Positions 21,855-33,814 of a stretch of DNA of 48,536 nt are shown here, one piece after another. The position numbers and the translations under genes are program-made. Under the pieces are notes generated by a model. That model had not been told where the DNA came from, ran no database searches, and was given only the letters and a program-made list of their open reading frames with translations. This DNA comes from Octopus sinensis (Eukaryota): positions 1-48,536 of the forward strand of contig NW_021834420.1 of assembly GCF_006345805.1 (NCBI RefSeq), written 5' to 3'. Position 1 is the first letter of the stretch, and every line of letters begins with the position of its first letter.

Positions 21855-22533
21855 GTAAGAACTGTACAGAGAACATTTACATAAAGGCTGATAATTCAGT
21901 TGGACTTTAATGAGAAGTACTTTAGTTGAAATATGTCGGTCCTTTGATCGCTGATACACACACGCACATACACACACACACTACTCACTCACTCACTCAA
22001 ACTTACACACACTCACACAAACTCACACACACACACACACACACGTGTTACCTGTGACACGGAAAAATCACAAATTACCTCGAAGTGTTCTTCCTCACAC
22101 ATTGACTGTAAAATTAGATTTGAGTGAAATTTGTTGGCGGCTGCTATATCTATTTCTAATAGATCGACCGGCTTTCTATATTATTACTCTATAAATTCAT
22201 TTGTAGTTGTTGTTGCTGATATTACTGTTGTTTAGACTGGGGTCAGCCCTGACAAAAAAAGGGTCTGTGATAATCAAGAGTAATCCAGTCAGAGTTATCC
22301 GTCTTCTCACATCAACGTCTTCCGGCGTATTGTTATCTAGCCGCAGGTCAGTAATGACCAAACAGAACCTTGATTAATAGCGTTCCAGCTATGACTATCA
22401 AGTGTACCTCTGACTCTATTTTCCATTATATTCTGCTTATATATTTCTAACAAAAAAATATGACATTCAATCGCTTTGTCGTTGCACACTCATTTGCAGT
22501 ATATAATTCGTGTGATGCAAATCGGAAAATACC

Positions 22534-22684
22534 TATTTCTTTCCTACCCACAAGGGGCTAAATACAGAGAGGCCAAACGGATCAAGTCGATTATATCGAC
22601 CCCAGTACGCAACTGGTACTTAATTTTTCGACCCCGGAAGGATGAAAGGCAAAGTTGACCTAGAACGTAACGGCAGACGAAATC
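22534..22684 (-). mobile_element. SINE family A1, 5'-truncated with internal deletions
   Basis: tatttctttcctacccacaaggggctaaa...ggaaggatgaaaggcaaagttgacc. Confidence 0.85.
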
Positions 22685-23021
22685 CATGACATTGGATAAA
22701 AGTTGAGTGATACTAGTATTGCACCACACAAAAGTTGAACCATAAGTAATACTGCACCGTACTGGTGCATGTGCATTTGTGGTAAAGTGCAATGAATGCA
22801 CCTATTTCGGTTTTAAGATCAATTTTATGACGCGTTTTGTTTTTTTATAGAATACTTATTTTACAAAACTTAGCATTTTTAGTGTCTCATTCAGATTGTC
22901 AAGGACAGAAAAAGCTAAAAATTCGCTGCAGTATGGTTTGTTATGAGAATGGTCATGGTTGGAGCACCTTTGAGTATGTTTCTTAATCAGAACTGTCCTG
23001 TGACTAAACAAATTTTTCTTT

Positions 23022-23165
23022 TGTTGCTGTTTAACCCCAGGTCAGATCTCACCTCGTAGACCTTCTATGAAATGTACCTTGGGTATCGAAGACTACATTA
23101 TTCAATATTTCATAAGAAAATACAAAATCATTAGAGATTTGAGGAAGATTTAGCTGCCATTTCAT
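23022..23165 (+). repeat. Unclassified dispersed repeat family F
   Basis: ttgctgtttaaccccaggtcag...gactacattattcaat...gatttgaggaagatttagctgccatttc. Confidence 0.55.
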
Positions 23166-23254
23166 CATAGATTGTATTCTGGCACTTTTAACTCCCCCTG
23201 TTTCTGGGTACATATTTCTTGGTGCCGCATTATATTTTAATTAAAAATAATTAT

Positions 23255-23582
23255 CACCATCACCACCACCACCCACTATCATCATCATCGTCGTCATCAC
23301 CATCATTAGCATTACTTCTATGACCACCATCACCGACATCATGGTCATCATCCACATCATCATCATCATCAGCAGCAGCAGCAGCATCGTCGTCGTCGTC
23401 ATCATCATCATCGTCATCCTCATCATCATTGTCATCAGTACCACTACGTTCATTAGCACCACCACCATCACAACAACAACAACGATAACTTCAACTATTA
23501 CAATTGCCATGATCATTACTACTATAACCACCACCACCACCACCACCACTACCACCACCACCACCATCGTCACCGCCGCCAC
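23255..23582. repeat. Compound (CAT)/(CAC)/(CAA)/(CAG) triplet tract
   Basis: Direct reading. Confidence 0.92.
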
Positions 23583-23964
23583 CATTTATTCTTTAAAAAA
23601 ACTATATCGATCCTTTTTGGCGTGTATCAGAGTGCACTACCGCCCAAGCCAACCCCATTTTGTTGGTGCATATTTTAGTTGAACTACATTTAAATTAAAA
23701 TGCAATCACATGGAACCTCAGCAACCTCCCCCTTCCACCCTTCATTGCATCGACGTTCTTCCTGTTCTTCCTCTTTTAATTCTACTTTGACTTTTCCATT
23801 TTATTTTTATTGTTGTTGTTGTTGTTGTAATTTATCCCGAACGTCCTTAATGAGTGAAATAGAGAATCAATTCTTTTTGATGACCAATACAAACATCTAT
23901 TGATCTCGTAAATATCATGGTGGAAACAAAGGCATTTTTAGTGTTTTAATCTCCGTTGGCACTT

Positions 23965-24162
23965 AGGTAACAAGAACAACAGCAGCAACAACAACAGCAA
24001 CAACAGCAGCAGCAATAGCAACTACAGCAATAGCAACTACAGCAGCAACAGCAATGACAATAAAAGTAGCAGTAGCCGTAGAAGCAGCAACAGCAGCAAT
24101 GACAACTATAGCAAAAGCAACAGCTACATCAACAACAAACAAAAGTAGAAGCAGCAACAACA
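23965..24162. repeat. Compound (CAA)/(CAG)/(TAG) triplet tract
   Basis: Direct reading. Confidence 0.92.
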
Positions 24163-24164
24163 AA

Positions 24165-24533
24165 GTGGAGGCGCAATGGCCCAGTGGTTAGGGCAGCAGA
24201 CTCGCGGTCGGAGGATCGCGGTTCCGATTCCCCGACCGGGCGTTGTGTGTGTTTATTGAGCGAAAACACCTAAAGCTCCACGAGGCTCCGGCAGGGGATG
24301 GTGGCGACCCCTGTTGTACTCTTTCGCCCCAACTTTCTCTCACTCTTTCTTCCTGTTTCTTATCCCCGACTTCCTACGCAACCGCTGAGCCTGGATGCGC
24401 ATTCATCCATCCGTCGATGCTCTCGGTGTCGGGGGTTGACCTGCTTTCTCTTCTGCGGGTTTTACGAATAGCAAAGGACCACGTTTCGAACTCCTCCCAT
24501 CTTGCGAGCTCTTGGACGAAGACCGTTCGCTCA
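24165..24533 (+). mobile_element. Full-length SINE family C, tail type C2, tRNA-Arg-like head
   Basis: A-box tggcccagtgg, B-box-like ggttccgattcc, shared body, tail ccccgacttcctacgcaacc...gaccgttcgctc, then (CAA/CAG)n. Confidence 0.92.
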
Positions 24534-25090
24534 ACAGCAACAGCAGCAACAACAATAACAGCAACAACAACAATAATGACATCAGGCTCAGAGGTAACAA
24601 TAAAAATAATTCCGAACTGCTGTAGGCAACCACCAATTTTGGAGAACAATTTTAAAGAACAATGTTTTAAATGAACAAGTAATATGACTGATACTTTGGT
24701 TTTAAAGATTCTCGGAAGTAAAACAAGCGAAGTGAATTTTAGTTCCGTCAAAGGCATATTAGTAACCACAACAAAACAATGTTCTACCAATTGTTCCAAT
24801 CAAGGGACGTAACTAAATCCACCACTACTACGGTGATCTACCAATTCACCGCCATAGCAACAGTGAAATTAATAGGGAATTAGCAACCAACAGAGTATTA
24901 TTGATCTTTTGTCTCTGATATTTTTTACAACCATTTTTGTTTATCAGGCAATATTTGTTCTTCCTCAAGGAAATCATACTTCCTGAGATCGTTCCGTTTA
25001 GTAATTTCCACATAAGTTGGAGGCACGATATTGGACGGACATTGTCAACAGCTTTACTTTGACCGGGTAATATTTTGGTTTTCAGTGAAG

Positions 25091-25320
25091 AGGGCGAGCT
25101 GGCAGAAACGTTAGCACGCCGGGCGAAATGCGTAACCGTATTTCGTCTGCCGTTACGTTCTGAGTTCAAATTCCGCCGAGGTCGACTTTGCTTTTCATCC
25201 TTTCGGGGTCGATTAAATAAGTACCAGTTACGCACTGGGGTCGATATAATCGACTTAATCCGTTTGTCTGTCCTTGTTTGTCCCCTCTGTGTTTAGCCCC
25301 TTGTGGGCAGTAAAGAAATA
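25091..25320 (+). mobile_element. Full-length SINE family A1 with 22-bp (or longer) flanking duplication
   Basis: aatattttggttttcagtgaag at 25069-25090 and 25321-25342. Confidence 0.93.
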
Positions 25321-25342
25321 AATATTTTGGTTTTCAGTGAAG

Positions 25343-25495
25343 GGGGCGAGCTGGCAGAACCATCTTTATTTCTGAGTTCAACTTCTGTCGAGCTCGACTT
25401 TGCTTTTCATCCTTTCGGAGTCGATAAAATAAGTACCAGTTGTAATCGACTTATCTCTTCCCCGAAATTGCTGGCTTTGTCAACGTTTGAAATAA
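25343..25495 (+). mobile_element. SINE family A2 with internal deletions
   Basis: ggggcgagctggcagaa...cttttcatcctttcggagtcgataaaataagtacc...ccccgaaattgctggctttg. Confidence 0.85.
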
Positions 25496-25521
25496 TAATA
25501 ATAATAATTATTATTATTGTA

Positions 25522-25715
25522 AGGCGGTGAACTAGTAGAAAGCACGCCGGGTGAAGTGCGTAGCTGAGTCTTTATGTCTTGAGTTCAAATTCCGTCGAGG
25601 TCAACTTTGCCCTTTATCCTTTGGGGTTCGATAAAATAAACATCAGTTGAGCACTGGAATCAAGGTAATCGACTTACCGACTGCCCTGAATATATCAGAA
25701 GTTGAAGCCAATATT
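25522..25715 (+). mobile_element. Diverged SINE family A2
   Basis: aggcggtgaactagtagaa...gagttcaaattccgtcgaggtcaactttgccc...ggtaatcgacttacc. Confidence 0.75.
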
Positions 25716-25749
25716 TTCTTCTTCAGTAATTGGTTCTTTGATATTCAGG

Positions 25750-26460
25750 AGACTATCCAGCTGTGGGGAAGTTCTTTCGTGTAAGCAGCTCGATTTCTTT
25801 GAATACTGGAGGTCACCAGTATCATTTTATCAACCTGTATATCACTTTAAGTTGTAGTCAGTTTTTCCTTCTTTCTTTGAATCGTACCTCATCAAATCGT
25901 ACCTCGTCCGACTTTAAATGCCATTTTTGAACGTTTTGCTTTCTCCTCCACCAAGAATCACTCCCCCATCTCTGATATTCCTGTTTAACTTGGTCCATAC
26001 TAAAAATATAGTTTTGTCTCTTCCCAATCATTCAGAATATGTTAATTCTTTTAAAATTCGCGTTAGACATCTGATCTTTATTTGATTCTTCTTACGTATT
26101 TCACTCTTCTTTCCTTGATCTTTTCACAGCTCTTCCTTTTCTTTCCAAAACATTATTGCACCTTCTAACCACGTTTATGTCCCCTAATATTCTTTTCTAC
26201 CATGGTTCATTCTTTTTAACGTTTTCATATAGTCTCCAACCATAGCTCATTTCCTGCATATATATTTGCTGCTCTTAATAAATTGTAGGTTTCCATTACA
26301 ATGTTGGTAATAATATGGTGGATGATTTTATTGATCATTTTCCTAATTACAGACAATCAACTTCTTTCAATATTTTGATAACACCACGATGCCAAATTTT
26401 GTCGATTTTCAAGAGAAGTTGTTACTTTTTTAGTTACCTTTGAAGTCTTCTTTGAACAGT
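25750..26460 (-). mobile_element. Degraded RLE-type (R4/NeSL-like) LINE fragment
   Basis: Minus-strand translation KKNEPW*KRILGDINVVRRCNNVLER resembles the EPWWKRRI...DI motif upstream of the RT domain in R4-like ORFs (from recall); many stops; ends approximate. Confidence 0.5.
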
Positions 26461-26786
26461 CGGATGTTAATTTACCTGGAAAGAATCAGTACAGTTATTA
26501 ATAAGAAGGGTTGGAATTAATGCATGCAATATTTCACAGCTCTAGCATCACTCCTTCATAGTCAGCCTACGAGCTTTAAAGTCCACCATCGTAAATGTGA
26601 CATGGAAGGACGGTGGTTGGCGAGAATGAAAATGGGCTGAGGGCGGCAGAGTAAGACCTGGTATAGGCTTCATAAGTTAAGGATGAGCGCCTAAAAATTA
26701 TATCCTGCAATTGTCTTCATCATGCAACGAGGTACTAAACGATTGTGCCTCAGGAAATGTCACATTTAACATCATCCAGCCTATGC

Positions 26787-26830
26787 ACTTACCTGTAACA
26801 GCAAGGATGAGGAATTGAAGAGATTCAATA
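26787..26830 (-). other. Candidate recursive-splicing (ratchet) site: pyrimidine tract-CAG|GTAAGT
   Basis: Minus strand tctcttcaattcctcatccttgctgttaCAG|GTAAGTgc; junction at 26793/26792. Confidence 0.3.
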
Positions 26831-26893
26831 ATGACCAGGAGTCAGTGTTAGCTAACACTTCTACCTTTACCACCTTTATGAGATACAACGATA

Positions 26894-27194
26894 GGTCATA
26901 GTGCTAGTGCCTGCATATACAGCTGCGTGCGTGCGTGCGCACATGCATGCGAGTACTGTCCAAATCTCCGACCAATCACATACAGCTAGCTGGCATTCAA
27001 TAGGCGTATCAAGTTTCGGGCATTTTGATTGGGTTTTGGATAGAAAATTCACAAAAATGTCACTTCTATTGATTTTTAATGGCTTTGCGGGGTGACTGGG
27101 GAAATGTAAAGATGTGCACGACCACCCTTGGACGGTTTTGAATGACCATAGAAAGTGCGAGCCCTCTAACTGAAAAATTGTGGATTTGTATAAA

Positions 27195-27230
<36 letters not shown>

Positions 27231-27260
27231 CCAGACAGACATTTTGCCTTTCATATATAT
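26894..27260 (-). mobile_element. Helitron-like element family H1, truncated inside the 3' hairpin
   Basis: Collinear with 38392-38756; minus strand ends gcactagcactatgacc. Confidence 0.87.
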
Positions 27261-27430
27261 AAATATTTCAACTTAAAGGTCGAATACGAACAGTAGTACG
27301 AGACGCACGTTGGAAATATTGGATTGAGGAAAAGAAATGAAAGCGGTCATCGTTTAGTTATCTTGGCGAAGGTGCAGATGCTTCCCATTTGGAACAGACA
27401 GACTGTTTACAAAAGGACTTAAATATATAC

Positions 27431-27462
<32 letters not shown>

Positions 27463-27509
27463 TGTGTGTGTGTGTGTAATTATCCTCATCACCATCATCA
27501 GTCATCATA

Positions 27510-27700
27510 ATCATCATCATTCAAAGTCCATGCTCTATGCTGACATGGGTTGAAAGGTTTGACAGATGTTAAGGGATCAAGGGCTACATCATATTCCAGT
27601 GTCTGCTTTGGTATGGGTTCTATGACTAGACGTCCTTCCTAGCATCAACCGCTTTAGAGTGTGAAGAGGGTGCGTTTTTCGTTCCACCATTACCATTAAG
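27510..27700. repeat. Dispersed repeat family G ((CAT)n-ended, retroposon-like)
   Basis: catcatcattcaaagtccatgctctatgctgacatgggttg...ccagtgtctgctttggtatgg...ccttcctagcatcaacc. Single copy in this window; family recalled, not verified. Confidence 0.45.
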
Positions 27701-27850
27701 GCAGCTATACAGATCGCAAGACTATGAATTCCGAAGGAAGGAGTATCGGCTTAATGCTAGGTGAACAGCGAAGTGGAGGCCGAGTAAGTTCTTGGAGAAG
27801 AGCTGCATGGCTATTCACATTTAGTCGGGAAGGTGAGGGAAGGAAAAATA

Positions 27851-28053
27851 TATTTCTTTATTGCCCACAAGAGGCTAAACATACAGGAGACAAACAAGGA
27901 CAGACAAAGGGATTAAGTCGATTACATTGACCCCAGTGCGTAACTGGTACTTTATTTGTCGACCTCGAAAGGATGAAAGACGACCTCGGCGGAATTTGAA
28001 CTCAGAACGTAACGACAGACGTAATACGAATAAGCATTTCGCCCGGTACGCTA
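27851..28053 (-). mobile_element. SINE family A1
   Basis: Reverse complement match to 25091-25320. Confidence 0.9.
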
Positions 28054-28564
28054 GATTTGAGATGAGATGTCCGGGTGATCCCTCAAGGCATGAGCCAAGT
28101 AGAAATGGGTGGATGTGAGGACTGTAAGATTGTATGGGAAACAGGGGATGAGGGGATGAGGAGGAAGGTTACAACTGCAAAAAATGGTGGGTAAGATTAA
28201 AGGGTGATAATTGAGAAGTCATTAGTGGGGGAGGATGCAGGCACACACAAGAGAGTAGATGGAGAGGAGAGGAGCAGGACAGTAATGATACAGTGGACAA
28301 GAGACAGAAAGGAGGAGAAGAGGGAGAGAGAGGAGCGGTGTAGGGAGCGAGAGAAGCAGGGAGAAAGAGAGAGAGAGCGAGAGAGAGAAAGATTTCAATA
28401 GGGGTAGGCTGCAGGAGCAGAGAGGAGGGGTATGCGTAGCGCAAGGTGGAAAATATCTTTTCTTTTTGGGAAGGTGTGTGAAACAAGATTTACCACACAC
28501 ACACACACACACACCACACACCACACACAACACATACATACACACACACACACACATATATATT

Positions 28565-28782
28565 CTCTTATTCTTTTATTCTTTTATTTGTTTCAGTCAT
28601 ATGACTGCGGCCATGCTGGAGCACTGGCTGTAGTCGAACAAATCGCCCCCATGACTTATTCTTTGTAACGGTCTCTTTTGCCGAACCGCTAAGTTACGGG
28701 GAGGTAAACACACCAACATCGGTTGTCAAGCGATGGTGCGATAGTGGGGGACAAACACAGAGCCACAAACATACACACAAAC
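28565..28782 (-). mobile_element. SINE family B, 3' half
   Basis: tgtttcagtcatatgactgcggccatgctggagcac...gccgaaccgctaagttacgggg...ggacaaacacag. Confidence 0.88.
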
Positions 28783-28928
28783 AATAATATTAGTGGCCAC
28801 AAACAATAACGCCTTGATATTGCTGAATGTTTAAACTTTTGAGTATTAAACTCTTATTTCTAACAAGCAGGTACTTTGTGTACCCTCTATTATAATGATC
28901 AATTGTAAAATTTCACACACACACACAC

Positions 28929-28983
<55 letters not shown>

Positions 28984-30048
28984 CAAAGATACGCTAGCTT
29001 TGAGAAAGTGATGAAAGGAAACCAAACAAAAATAGGAAGAAATCGACGATAAGAAATCGATAGACATAGCTTACAAAAAAAAAAGAAGGACAATAGGAAA
29101 TAATAACACCACCGCCACCACCAACAACACCGCCATTATTACAACCATAACTAGTATTCAAACGAATTGGAGACTCTGGGTGATAGTTTCACAGGGTAGA
29201 ACTAGCAGCTAAATCACCCTCAAATCAACATGGACACCATTATGACTACCATTACCACCTCAACAACAACCAAACCCCCTTAACTACCACCACCACCACC
29301 ACCACCACCACAACTATCCCCATCACCAGCAACACCGTAACCAATACAACTACTATCACCACAACCACTACGACCACCACCACCATTACCCTCACCACCA
29401 TAACTACCAACAACACTATCACCACTACAATTATTGTCACAGGTATCTTTTTAAAAAACACTCAACGTAAAACAAAGAAAAAAGAAAGAGACAGAGAAAG
29501 AGAGATGGTGGGGGGGGGGGGAAGAAAGGCTCCGCCCAGTCAAAAGCCACGGAGACACACAATAACGAAATAATGGAGTGGTGGTGGTGGTGGTGGTTGT
29601 GGTGGTGGTGGTGGTGGTAGTGGTTGTGAGTTGAACTTTCAAAGACAAACTTAAAAAGAGGTTAAGAAACCAAAAGTGGATCAACACCAAAACATAAGAA
29701 CACCAAAACCAACAGCACCAAAAAAAAAAATAAAAGAAATAACAAAAATAATAAATAAAAGACAAAAAAAATGAGGGGAAACATGTTGGAAGAAAGAGAA
29801 AGCTTCAAAGATGATGATAATTCTTTAGTTTAAAATATGCAACGTTGTATTGAAAATGTGGTAGATTTCATTGGCCAACATCCAGTTTCCAACGTTGATC
29901 ATGAAATCTTCAACGATGAATCACACGTAGTAACTGCTACTAAATACATTTCTTCTCTCTTGACGCTTTGTTGCTTTGGTTCTTACTTTGGTTGGCTGCT
30001 GCCGGTGGAAACAGCACTTGTAATATGTGTACGCGTGTGTGTGTGTGA

Positions 30049-30096
<48 letters not shown>

Positions 30097-30189
30097 ATGT
30101 GTGTTTGTGTGTACATCATAAATAAACGTACAAGTGGTGCATATGTATAAAATTCAATGAGGATGTAAACTTGAACATGTGACCATCCA

Positions 30190-30680
<491 letters not shown>

Positions 30681-30684
30681 TATA

Positions 30685-31154
30685 CAGGTTGCGGTGAATA
30701 TATTGTCGTCTAAATTACGCAAATATGAAAGTAACACTGACTTCTCATTTTAACATATATTTACCAAACTTAAATAAAAAATATCTCGAAATACTAAAGA
30801 GTAAATTTATTCACAAAAATCGCCATTGACTTCAACCACGGCCTCCGCACGACTTTTTGAAAAATCCTGCAATTCTTCTGGACTGTCTCCTTGTTTAAGT
30901 TGGTGAATGCTGCCATAATCCTTGCCTTCATCTTTGGTCTCGCGCTCGACTGCTCCCCACACATAATAATCAAGAGGGTTGCAATCTGGGGAGTTAGGTG
31001 GCCAGAAGTTTGGGGTGATGTGGTCACAGAAATTGTGTGACAGCCACGACTGGATTCTCCTGCTTGCGTGACATGGTGCAGAACCCTGTTGCCAGACACA
31101 GGGTCTTCCAGCAGTCACCTTCTTGATCCAGGGCAGCACTATCTCCTCCAGGCA
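30685..31154 (-). mobile_element. 3' fragment of a Tc1/mariner element, DD37D (maT-type) spacing
   Basis: TA|CAGGTTGCGG terminus at 30683-30694; transposase C-terminus on the minus strand; broken off at a (CATA)n tract. Confidence 0.85.
30807..31153 (-). pseudogene. DD37D transposase pseudogene fragment
   Basis: CLEEIVLPWI...WQQ(G)SAPCH...WPPNSPDCNPLDYYVWGAVERE; 37 residues between the second catalytic position (D mutated to G) and the D of NPLDY; frameshift downstream. Confidence 0.9.
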
Positions 31155-31217
31155 TATACATACATACATACATACATACATACATACATACATACATACA
31201 TACATACATACATACAT

Positions 31218-31770
31218 GGCCCCTCGTTATCGAGTATGGCCATTGCACGAAGCTTAATCAATGTTGTTATCGTGCAATGCCTGTGCAAGAAGATATTTTT
31301 AAAGTGAGGAAAGGCTGTGCACTGAGTCAATCCCACTCACTAAGCAACAGCAGCCATAATCCGAAATGAAGAACAAGTCAACATCATCGGTAACCACTGA
31401 GCCGCAGGTTTCATGTCGGAGTTATCCCAGTTACCCGAGTTACCTTCTCCTAGAAGGATGCCTTAACAAAGGCTAGGAGTCCTTCACTCCCAATGGTTTA
31501 ACCGCGTGATCGGGTATTCAGTCCGATTATTTCTATGTCCCCGCGCATGATACAGCCTTAAGACATTTATTGGATGGCCGTTGACTCTTAAGAGTTCCTC
31601 CGCCCTTTGACGGGTTTTGTTTTTCATCCCGCAGGGTGTCCAATAAACACCCTCCTCACCAGGCAAGCTTGGTGGGGTTGCAGGTTTAGTCACCGACGAC
31701 CCGACCATGCAACAGGTTGTACTGGGTTACATGTTACCAGTAGCACTCGAAAGTAACCTGACACGCACAT
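31218..31770 (-). mobile_element. Putative 5'-UTR fragment of an RTE-like LINE, highly structured
   Basis: Minus-strand motif ctaggagaaggtaact and closing gcacagcctttcctcactttaaaaa resemble RTE-clade 5' regions (recall only); five adjacent hairpins at 31584-31760. Confidence 0.35.
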
Positions 31771-31880
31771 AATACATACATACATACATACATACATACA
31801 TACATACATACATACATACATACATACATTCATACATACATACATACATACATACATACATACATACATACATACATACA

Positions 31881-32706
31881 GGAAAATGAATCTCCGTCAG
31901 TAATACAGATTACTTTAGTTCAACCAACTTACCTGGCAGCTTCGAGTGGCTGAGCGTTCCAGTCCCAATGCAAGATGTACCCAGTGGCACAGTGTGTCAT
32001 AATGCTGGCCCTTCTAATTACGCACAGGTCTCACCTGACCATCTGATATAGTTTCCGGATATAGTTTCCAGATTTCACCAGGTCGCCTCATATAGTTTCC
32101 GGTTAGCAATTTCAGTCAAAAGATTTGTGCCACCCCAGCGCTTTGACAAAAGACGAATGTCACAGATTGATACCGAACTCGCAACATGGTAAATAGAAGC
32201 TTGAACTAATATATGCATTCATGCATGATGCATAAAAATTCATAAACACACGTAAGCACACACACGCACACACACATACATACATACATACATACATACA
32301 TACATACATACATACATACATACAGGAAAATGAATCTCCGTCAGTAATACAGATTACTTTAGTTCAACCAACTTACCTGGCAGCTTCGAGTGGCTGAGCG
32401 TTCCAGTCCCAATGCAAGATGTACCCAGTGGCACAGTGTGTCATAATGCTGGCCCTTCTAATTACGCACAGGTCTCACCTGACCATCTGATATAGTTTCC
32501 AGATTTCACCAGGTCGCCTCATATAGTTTCCGGTTAGCAATTTCAGTCAAAAGATTTGTGCCACCCCAGCGCTTTGACAAAAGACGAATGTCACAGATTG
32601 ATACCGAACTCGCAACATGGTAAATAGAAGCTTGAACTAATATATGCATTCATGCATGATGCATAAAAATTCATAAACACACGTAAGCACACACACGCAC
32701 ACACAC
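31881..32706. repeat. Near-identical tandem duplication (period 444 bp) bounded by (CATA)n tracts
   Basis: Unique blocks 31881-32275 and 32325-32706 appear identical by eye apart from a 13-bp insertion in copy 1. Confidence 0.95.
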
Positions 32707-32999
32707 ATACATACATACATACATACATACATACATACATACATACATGCATGACATACATACATACATACATACATACATACATACATACATACATACA
32801 TGCATGCATACATACATACATACATACATACATACATACATACATACATACATACATGCATGCATACTTCATATAAACATACATACAAACATGCTCATGC
32901 ATAGATGCATACATACATGGATACGTACACAGATACATACATACATACATACATTAACAGCGACACTGATAAGATTTATGTGAGGCAAGTGATAGTGGT

Positions 33000-33790
33000 A
33001 GAGACGTAAGTTCTGTCCAAAAGCCTTTGAATGTGGCAATGTATCACTCAGTCAACACCTGCTGAACAGTAAAGGAAGAAATTAGTATATTCCATGGATA
33101 CTCAAAAGTGATAACATCTTCGTTGTTGGAGAAGAACTACTGTGCAAGTACTCTCAGAATACAGCTGTCCCATGCGACCCAAAGGAGGCCGGACTGGCCT
33201 ACCTAAACACTAGCTTGGAGGAGAAGCAGGCATCATACTAAAAAAAGCAATGCATGGGTACATACCCCATAAGCTAGAGGGCATTAACAGCATTGACAAG
33301 AAGAGTAGCCACACCTGGACCTGCAATAGATACATTACATCCCACCTAGAAGGATCTGCCTCCGCTATCCAGGAACAATAAGATGGCATGCCGGTAAATT
33401 GTTAGCTCACTGGACAAAATGCTTAGCGTTATTTCGCCCGTCGCTACGTTCTGAGTTTAATTCCGCCGAGGTCGACTTTGTCTTTCATCCTTTCGGGGTC
33501 AATAAATTAAATACCAGTAATCGACTAGTCCCCTCCCCGCACATTTCAGGCCTTATGCATTTAGTAGAAAGAATTATCCAGGAACAAGAGATAGTTACTA
33601 AATGCCTAATAAGCAAGAGAGAGAAAGTTACCACCAAACCTCAACGCTGTGATAAAAAAACAAAAAACAAAATGCCGGCTCTGCTATACCAGTGTGGAAG
33701 ATATCACTCATATCACTAGCAGCTGCCTCAAAACCTGCCCCCTGAGGCACGATATACTTCAAAAACTCTTTGAAATGCTATCAGCTGTAA
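33000..33790 (+). mobile_element. Degraded R4/Dong-clade (RLE) LINE fragment, post-RT to CCHC knuckle
   Basis: KAMHGYIPHKLEG...WTCNRYITSHLEG...AIQEQ|EIVTKCLI, and after a frameshift CRLCYTSVEDITHITSSC...PLRHD (C-x2-C-x8-H-x4-C); interrupted by a SINE. Confidence 0.8.
33379..33574 (+). mobile_element. SINE family A2 inserted in the LINE with a 13-bp TSD
   Basis: TSD tatccaggaacaa at 33366-33378 and 33575-33587. Confidence 0.9.
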
Positions 33791-33814
33791 ACAAACAACG
33801 AGATAAAAGATGAA

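Noticed and set aside
24243-24799. ORFs of 141-143 aa on both strands
   Set aside because: They lie over SINE C2 and a (CAA/CAG)n tail; the same peptide start recurs at other SINE C copies.
31926-31940. acttacctggcag resembling the U1 snRNA 5' end (repeated near 32371)
   Set aside because: Similarity ends after about 13 nt with no U1 stem-loops or Sm site; it is simply the complement of a consensus splice donor.
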